Under the pieces are notes generated by a model that saw only the letters and a program-made list of their open reading frames with translations, did no database searches and was not told where the DNA came from. Below, piece by piece: positions 55,930 to 64,000 of a stretch of DNA of 64,000 bases. This stretch comes from Spirogloea muscicola (taxonomy: Eukaryota), in contig WELB01000022.1 in assembly GCA_009602725.1 (NCBI GenBank), positions 737,389 to 801,388 on the forward strand, read 5' to 3'. Both the position numbers and the translations under genes were made by a program. How positions within the stretch are numbered: position 1 is the stretch's first letter; each line of letters opens with the position of its first letter.

Positions 55930-58900
55930 ATGTACGGCGGGGACCATGACGAGGCGGGCGAGGGCGAGGAGGAGGAGATCACGCAGGAGGACGCGTGGAC
56001 GGTCATCAGCGCCTACTTCGAGGAGAAGGGCCTGGTGCGGCAGCAGCTGGACTCGTTCAACGAGTTCATCCAGAACACGATGCAGGAGATCGTGGACGAG
56101 TCCGCGGACATCGAGGTCAGGCCCGAGTCGCAGCACAACCCCGGCCGCCCCGTGGAGCTCGGCGAGGTGAGCCGAGCCGCCTCCTCCGGGACTCGAGCCA
56201 CTCTCTCTTGAGTTGGCTGCCCCGCTCCTATCCCTTCGCCGCTGTGTTAGTCCTTACATACTGGAACGCCAGTCCGCTGCTAGCCTGTCGTAAAGGATTG
56301 CTCAACCTAGACGAAAATTGTTTTCCTATTGGAAGTGGAGTAAATTGTGGTTGTATTAAACATTTCGGTCATCGTGCACCACGATTCATAAGTAATGTGT
56401 AGATGCATCAAGGTCTGGACCAAATTAGCAAGAGCAGCCACCTCATGGTACTGTGCCAACTCAAGCTTCAAACAACCACAAATCTTTTTCATTGATAGTT
56501 ACAAAGTTCAGATCGCACAGTGTCAGCAGTATTGACTAGTAAGTGATTGGCACTGGCCGGCTCGGCTTCCACCGGCGCGGCGCAGCTCAGAGCAGCGCAG
56601 CTCTTATCGCAGCGCCATGGCTTTCCTCAGCCCCGTTCCCGTTTGACCCCTGGCCGGCCAACAGATGACGTACAAGATCAACTTCGGGCAGATTTACCTG
56701 AGCAAGCCCATGATGACCGAGTCCGACGGCGAGACGGCCACCCTCTTCCCCAAGGCGGCGCGCCTACGCAACCTGACGTACTCCGCGCCACTCTACGTGG
56801 ACATCACCAAAACGACTATCAAGCGCGGGGAGGATGGTGAAGAGGAGGTGGACACTGAGGAGCTCACTAAGGTCTTCATTGGCAAGGTGAGCTCAGCCAG
56901 TCCTCGCTTTTGAGCTGCTAGATTTTTCAATCTTGGGTGCATGTACACACATCCTGTCAGGCACCTGATGGAGCTTGCCTACTGTAAGCCCTTGTCATAA
57001 AGGCTGTATGCACAAACCTGCTATCTTTCTTTTGTGCTAATTAGCCATTGAACAGTACTGATTGTTTTGTATGCATGGTTGTGTCCAGGTTCCCATCATG
57101 CTGCGCTCGAATTACTGCACCCTGAATGATATTAGCGACAAAGACCTCACGGAGCTGGGAGAGTGCCCATATGACCAAGGGGGTTACTTCATCATCAACG
57201 GGAGCGAGAAGGTCCTGATTGCGCAGGAGCGCATGAGCACCAACCACGTGTATGTCTTCAAGAAGCGGCAGCCCAACAAGTACGCCTTTGTCTGCGAAGT
57301 TCGTTCCATGGCGGAGTCGCAGAACCGGCCCGCCAGCACCATGTTCATCCGCATGCTCTCCCGTGCTGGTGCCAAAGGGGTAGGTACACGACAGTCCTGC
57401 TACTGCTAGTAGTGGAATACACCAGCTGGTTACTTGCATCCCTGGCTTATGATTGCAAGGTGTATTTAGGAAGCCAGATGACTCCAATTATTTGCTCAAT
57501 CTATTGGTATCCCTAGCTGAATTGGATGTAGCATGGAAATGTGATGCAGGGAGCGTCTGGCCAGTACATTCGAGCTACCATACCCTACATCAGGACCGAG
57601 ATTCCCATCATTGTCCTCTTCAGAGCTCTTGGCTTTGTCGCCGACAAAGACATTCTTGAGCACATCTGCTATGACTTCAATGACACAGCCATGATGGAGC
57701 TCCTGCGTCCCTCCCTTGAGGAGGCCTTTGTCATTCAAAACCAGCAAGTCAGTAAATCATCTACAGGCCCCAAGTTGCACAGCCTTGGGCATTTGTGAGC
57801 CATTGGATCAAGCTGAATCTCTGTGCGAGGAGTTGTACCTGCTTGCTGCTACCTTTCAGCAAGTCTTTCTGAAAGAATTGCAACCATTGCTTTGCCCCAG
57901 GTTGCCTTAGACTACATTGGCAAGCGTGGCAGCACTGTTGGTGTTACAAAGGAGAAGCGTATCAAGTGGGTGCCTGACACTATCAGCACTTGGTCAAAGA
58001 GATGTCATATCGTTTGAAGACGTACCATGCACATACTATGTCTTAGGGTTCACTCACGTCTGTTTTCAACAGATATGCAAAGGAGATTCTGCAGAAGGAG
58101 CTGCTCCCTCATGTTGGAGTCGGCGAATTTTGCGAGACAAAGAAGGCTTACTTCATCGGGTAGGGTGACACTTGCTCGTCCGCTTGAGTACATGTAGAGA
58201 GCATGGTTCATGAACCATCACTGGTTTCTTAACATCTTTCACCACATCGTCCTTGAGGTACCTGAAGTATCATTCTTTGAGCGAGCAGGTATATGATCCA
58301 CCGTCTCCTCCTTTGCGCTTTGGGTCGGCGGGCCGAGGATGATCGTGACCACTATGGCAACAAGCGACTGGATTTAGCTGGGCCCCTCCTCAGTGGCCTC
58401 TTTCGAATGGTGATGAAAGCAATTGAACAGCCTTCATTGAAGTCAATCTACTAATTCAGCAGGATGCAGGACTGACCATAGGGCTCTTGCATTGTTGTGA
58501 GCAACAACTGTGGCTTTGCAGCTAAATTTTCCCGTGATCAAGCATGACCTGATGATTCCACCTCTTCTTTGTTCAATATTTGCAGCTCTTTAGGAAGCTC
58601 ACAAAGGATGTCAGGATGTACCTTCAAAAGGTGAGCTCCTGGTTGCGAGTATCACTTAGCTTGTGTCTACTAGCAGACCTTCACTGTGATTGATTCAATT
58701 TCACAAGATTGACTTGGAAGACTTGAATAAGAATGTCTGAGAACCTTCTTCTCATGGCTCCACTCTTGAGACAGTGTGTGGACAATGGGAAGGAGGTCAA
58801 TCTGGCTTATGCTGTCAAGGCAAAGACAATTACAAGTGGACTGAAGTACTCGCTAGCTACAGGCAACTGGGGCCAGGCCAATGCGGCAGGCACAAGAGCA

Positions 58901-61900
58901 GGGGTCTCCCAAGTGCTAAACAGACTCACCTATGCATCCACGTTGTCACATCTCCGGCGGCTCAACTCTCCCATTGGACGAGAAGGTCAGAATCTTGAAA
59001 ATATTTTATTTTAGTGAACTTGAGGTCAGCTTGCGGCATGCTTGCTGCTTGCTTTCAGGACATCTCTAAGCATTGGGGTGTCCTTCTTTCTCAACAGGGA
59101 AGTTGGCCAAGCCAAGGCAGCTTCACAACTCGTTGTGGGGCATCATGTGCCCTGCAGAGACACCAGAGGGCCAGGTTAGTGCGCCGCTTCATGCAAGCAT
59201 CCTACTCATGTTACCAGATCTGGTGCGCAAGATCATGCTAAGGTCTTCAGTCATCAACCTGTGGTGACTGGGTTGCTGTTCTTGCAGGCTGTAGGACTCG
59301 TGAAGAATCTGGCATTGATGACATACGTCACAGTTGGTTCTGCTGCTGCTCCAATCCTGGAGTTCTTGGAGGAGTGGACTACTGACAACCTGGAGGTAGG
59401 ATAAGGCAACATACATGCATGCAGTCCAAGTACAGAACCGTTTCAAGAGATCGTTCTTCTCCTCACCATATTATGAGAGAAGCCTTCACAGTTGAGGTGT
59501 CTACTTATCTTTGACTTACTGGGTTACTTCCGCATATTGTGGTTGAGCAGGAGATATCACCCTCAGTCATCCCACATGCGACCAAGATCTTTGTGAACGG
59601 TGCATGGGTGGGCATCCATCGAGATCCAGACCATCTAGTCCGTACCTTGAGACAGCTGCGACGGAAGGTAAGATGAAGCTCAGTCCGTCAAATTTACCTC
59701 CTTGTGCTTACCTTGTGAGGACACAGAAGCTTATACACGGCGTTGTGGCATCTCCAGGTTGATGTCAGCCAGGAAGTTGGCGTGGTTAGAGACATCCGCC
59801 TGAAGGAGCTGCGGCTCTACACTGACTATGGGCGGTGCAGCAGACCACTCTTCATTGTTGAGAAGCAACGCTTGCTCATCAAGAAGTCTGACATTGCAGA
59901 TCTCCAAGCAAGGGTGAAGCCTGCTGACTTAATAAGCCTGCAGGAAATGACAGGCTTTGGCACCCACTTACATTGGCATGTATGTGGTCTGATGTCCTAC
60001 ACAGCAAACTCTTAAAGATTATAATTGTTGGATGCAGGAAGATGCGCCACCTGAGATTGGATGGAATGCGTTAGTTCAAAGAGGCTTGATTGAGTATGTG
60101 GATACCACAGAGGAAGAGACCACAATGATAGCGATGACAATCAGGGTAACCTCTCAATATCCACACACATGATTAGCCAGCCCCCTGGTCAAGCTCTTGT
60201 AAAGCAGTTGCTAGTAGGTCTTAGCTAGTAGCTGTTTATTCATTTTGCATACTCTGAAATATTTGTATGGCATCTGGTACAGGATGTCACTCAAGCTAGA
60301 TTGAATCCTGAAGGAGCGTACTCCCAAACGTACACACACTGTGAAATTCATCCTTCAATGATCCTGGGCGTGTGTGCCTCCATCATCCCCTTTCCAGACC
60401 ACAATCAGGCAAGCCTTGTTCTTGTGGTCGAGATATGTGGAGCCAAAGCTTAGTGAGGCTACCTTGCTAATCATGTCATGTCAGATTCTTGCGCAATCAC
60501 AGGGAGGGGCCAGTATGCTATGGTGTTAAGACTGATCTATGTTGTCTTGGTGCAGTCTCCTCGTAATACCTATCAATCAGCTATGGGCAAGCAGGCCATG
60601 GGAATATATGTCACAAATTACCAGCTACGCATGGTACGCAACTGCCTACAATCGCCAACAGACTGTTCATGAAATACAAGGATCAATATTATGTTGGGAC
60701 GTTGGGCAACAAAACCCACATCACTCCGTTGTGTGGATGTGCTCATGCTTTGTCTTGTCTGTCTTGTTGGTAGGATACACTTGCGTATGTACTCTACTAC
60801 CCCCAAAAACCCCTGGTCACAACGCGAGCGATGGAGCACATCCACTTCCGGCAGCTGCCTGCTGGCATTGTGAGCCCTCTGCACTTATTGCTCGTTCAGC
60901 AGTGGGCAGTTCTGCATGCAGATCTGTGAGCTCATCCTCTGTGGTTGTGCATGTTCACTTGAACTGAGATTGTTACTGGCTATCTTGCAGAATGCCATTG
61001 TGGCTATTCTCTGTTATTCGGGCTACAATCAGGAGGACTCTGTCATAATGAACCAGTCCTCCATAGACCGCGGCTTCTTCCGCTCGATATTCTTCCGCTC
61101 GTATAGGTAGAAGCCATTAGAGAATGTCACAAGCAGAGTGCTGTTTGCCAGGCGATCTTCAAGTACATCATGAGGTCTCTGTCACATGTCACAGACACTG
61201 GTCTTATTGTGCCTCTGTGGTCTTGGCTATGACAGAGATGAGGAGAAAAAGCAGGGCTCACTTGTCAAGGAAGAATTTGAGCGGCCAGATCGTGAAATCA
61301 CAACGGTAGGTTATCTGCCGGAGTTGGTCTTGTGTGTAACCAGTTGACTTGGTCCTGCTGAGATACCACTTGAATCATCTTTCTGATGCCTTGGTTGGCA
61401 AGTGCAGCATGCAGAAACGTACTATTGGAATGCTTGTTCAGGCAGCTGACAGTGTTGACATGGATTGATATGGCAGGGCATGCGACATGGCTCATATGAT
61501 AAGCTCGACGATGACGGGCTGGCTCCTCCAGTAAGTTGTGGGCGAGTTGTGGCAACAGGACTAGGTGCCGTGCAGAGAGTATCGTGCTCACTGCATTGTG
61601 CTTAATCTGAGAAGAGCATTGCAGGATAAACGGCTTGCTGTCCTCATGATCAGTCCTCAATGCTGGACAATCTGCGAAACTGTTTTCTAAAGCCCTGAAG
61701 CCATTGACTGCTGCACATTTCATCAGGGCACTCGTGTTGCTGGAGAAGATGTCATCATAGGAAAGACCACTCCGCTGCCCCAAGATGACACTGGCAGTCA
61801 GGCCCAGCGGTATTCAAAGCGCGACCAGAGCACAACCCTTCGTCATAGCGAGAGTGGCATGGTTGACCAGGTAAAGTACATTGTAACATTGGCCTACAGA

Positions 61901-63499
61901 GCTTAATGACCTGATAATTTATTTTGGTCTTCTGCAATCACATCTTGCCCTCAGCAGCTGCATTTCGATCTACTGGCAGGTGCTTTTGACGACCAACGCC
62001 GACGGCCTTCGATTCGTCAAGGTCCGCGTGAGGTCAATCAGGATACCGCAGATTGGGGATAAATTCGCCAGCCGACATGGGCAGAAGGGCACGGTTGGAA
62101 TGACGTACACCCAAGAGGACATGCCTTGGTCGCAGGTAAGGCTAAAACCCATATTACGGTAATCACATACTGTTATCAAAGCTGATTAGCTGTTAGTCTT
62201 CGTCAGTCTGTAAAAGTAGCTCAAAGGTGAGCAAAGGCGACAGGATATCACCATCAACAACTTATCATGCTACTAACCACCAATTGCTCTAATGATATGC
62301 AAGTTTTTTCCAGGAGGGTATCACGCCAGACATCATCGTGAATCCACACGCCATTCCATCACGTATGACCATTGGGCATTTGATCGAGGCGCTGATGAGC
62401 AAGGTGGCAGCACACATGGGGAAGGAGGGCGACGCCACACCTTTCACTGACGTGACTGTGGACAACATCAGCAAGGCGTTGCACAGGTGCGGGTACCAGG
62501 CGCAGGGCTTTGAGGTGATGTACAATGGACATACGGGTCGGCGCCTGCAGGCGCAGGTCTTCCTCAACCCGACCTACTACCAGCGCCTCAAGCACATGGT
62601 GGATGACAAGATCCACTCACGCGGCCGCGGGCCAGTGCAGGTGCCCCAGAGCTTAATCCTAGCCCATAAGAGTAAAATGTAGACTCCTTGAAAACAGCCG
62701 AAGGAATTTCTTTGCTGACCTACAATACCTACTTCATCTGCATGTCAGCTTTAGCCAAAGTAGCTAGTTCTTAGATTTGAGCTTTTAAGCAACAGATGAA
62801 GTAGATCAAGCCTCACACCCTTGCTGATGTTAAGCTACCCACGTGCGAGAAGGTAGAGGTCTGTTAGCATAATTGCAGTGTACTGCTGTCAAGGCTGCAG
62901 TCGTAAGAACGTAGTAAGTAACAACTTTGATGAGTATAGTATTTCTGCCCCCGCAGATCTTGACAAGGCAGCCGGCAGAGGGCAGGGCCAGGGATGGTGG
63001 GTTGAGATTTGGAGAGATGGAGCGGGACTGCATGATTGCGCACGGCGCTGCCGCCTTCCTGAAAGAGCGGCTCTTTGACCAGAGCGATGCATACCGGGTG
63101 CATGTGTGCGAGTACTGCGGGTTGATTGCCAATGCTAACCTGAAGAAGAACCTGTTCGAGTGCCGAGGCTGCAAGAACAAGACGGACATCGTGCAGGTAT
63201 GCCTTCTACCGTCACAGGCGGGAATGCAATCTATACTTCCACATCATCAAGTCTCCAACTTCTGAGGCTTTCATCCTGCTCGCCTGCTCCTGTGATGTTT
63301 CATCATTACTGGGTCATTTGCATTACTCGTCATTGTGCTAGCTCGCAAGCTCTGTGGTGTTTTGCTGGTCTTACTCTGGTTCACTCTTTCGCAGGTTCAC
63401 ATCCCGTACGCGTGCAAGCTACTGTTCCAGGAGCTCATGTCCATGGCCATTGCGCCGCGGATGATGACCCGCTTTGCGGTACCCAAGAAAAAGAAATAG
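55930..63499 (+). CDS. RPB2: RNA polymerase II second-largest subunit (about 25 exons)
   Basis: [127 protein letters not shown]4 zinc finger; stop TAG at 63497-63499. Confidence 0.98.
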
Positions 63500-64000
63500 G
63501 AGTCACTTAGCGTGGCCTATGCTTCAAGCCGAGGTGTGTAGGCCTTCACTTTTGTACAAAGCTCTCTCAATTTCATTCATTAATTTGGGCAACTTCCGCC
63601 CCTTGCCAAGTGGCAGACTGTGCTCCCAAGCATGTATACCTTCTTGGGGCGTGCAAGATTGCGCACCAGCCTGCTGCAAGACTGCGCTCTTATTGCCAAG
63701 GGACGATGGAGGTCAAGCCTCAAACGCTGCTCACATTCGGCCAGGACAGCTGGTCAGCAGCATGCAAGCAGCCATTCTGCAGACTGAACTCTCGCCCTGT
63801 CCTAGTAGGTACCGTACATCACTTGTTACTTGTTGACTTCCTTCTCTCAGTACCCCTTCCTTTGCCGAGTTGGCAGAAAGCACACTGGTTTACTGATTGT
63901 TACCTCGCTTAGGTTGGCAGGGATTCACAAGTTGAGCACGATAAAGCAGGGCAGACTGTTGTCGAGATCATGTCTGATGGATGTGTCAGTCACCAGAAAA

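Overview
Intron-rich eukaryotic nuclear DNA. Gene content (STN7, LIG6, TDP1beta, MNS5, DUF760, nuclear ycf21), short introns and GCC-rich 5' exons point to a green-lineage genome, most likely a streptophyte alga; this is inference and the species cannot be fixed from sequence alone. Twelve spliced protein genes are recognisable: STN7 kinase (+), mitochondrial ATP synthase beta (-), EDEM-like mannosidase MNS5 (+), Ycf21/DUF98 chorismate-lyase-like (-), DNA ligase 6 (+), an atypical CHRD-domain protein (-), an OTU deubiquitinase (+), RPL10 (+), TDP1beta/HIRAN (-), a ~1,100-aa Gly/Ser/Thr/Gln/Tyr-rich disordered protein with a C-terminal SAM domain (+), DUF760 (-) and RPB2 (+). Intergenic DNA carries mosaic arrays of 3'-end fragments of a CRE-like (restriction-like endonuclease) non-LTR retrotransposon sharing a conserved hairpin. 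There are four N gaps and a leading poly(A). Best candidates for novelty: (1) the LEA-like IDP-SAM gene with an ABRE/CE3/DRE-packed promoter and a duplicated splice acceptor that could switch SAM off; (2) the patchwork retroelement 3'-end arrays; (3) the His-less CHRD gene with HSE-like and switchable-hairpin upstream elements. Gene models were read by eye, so boundaries near gaps are approximate.
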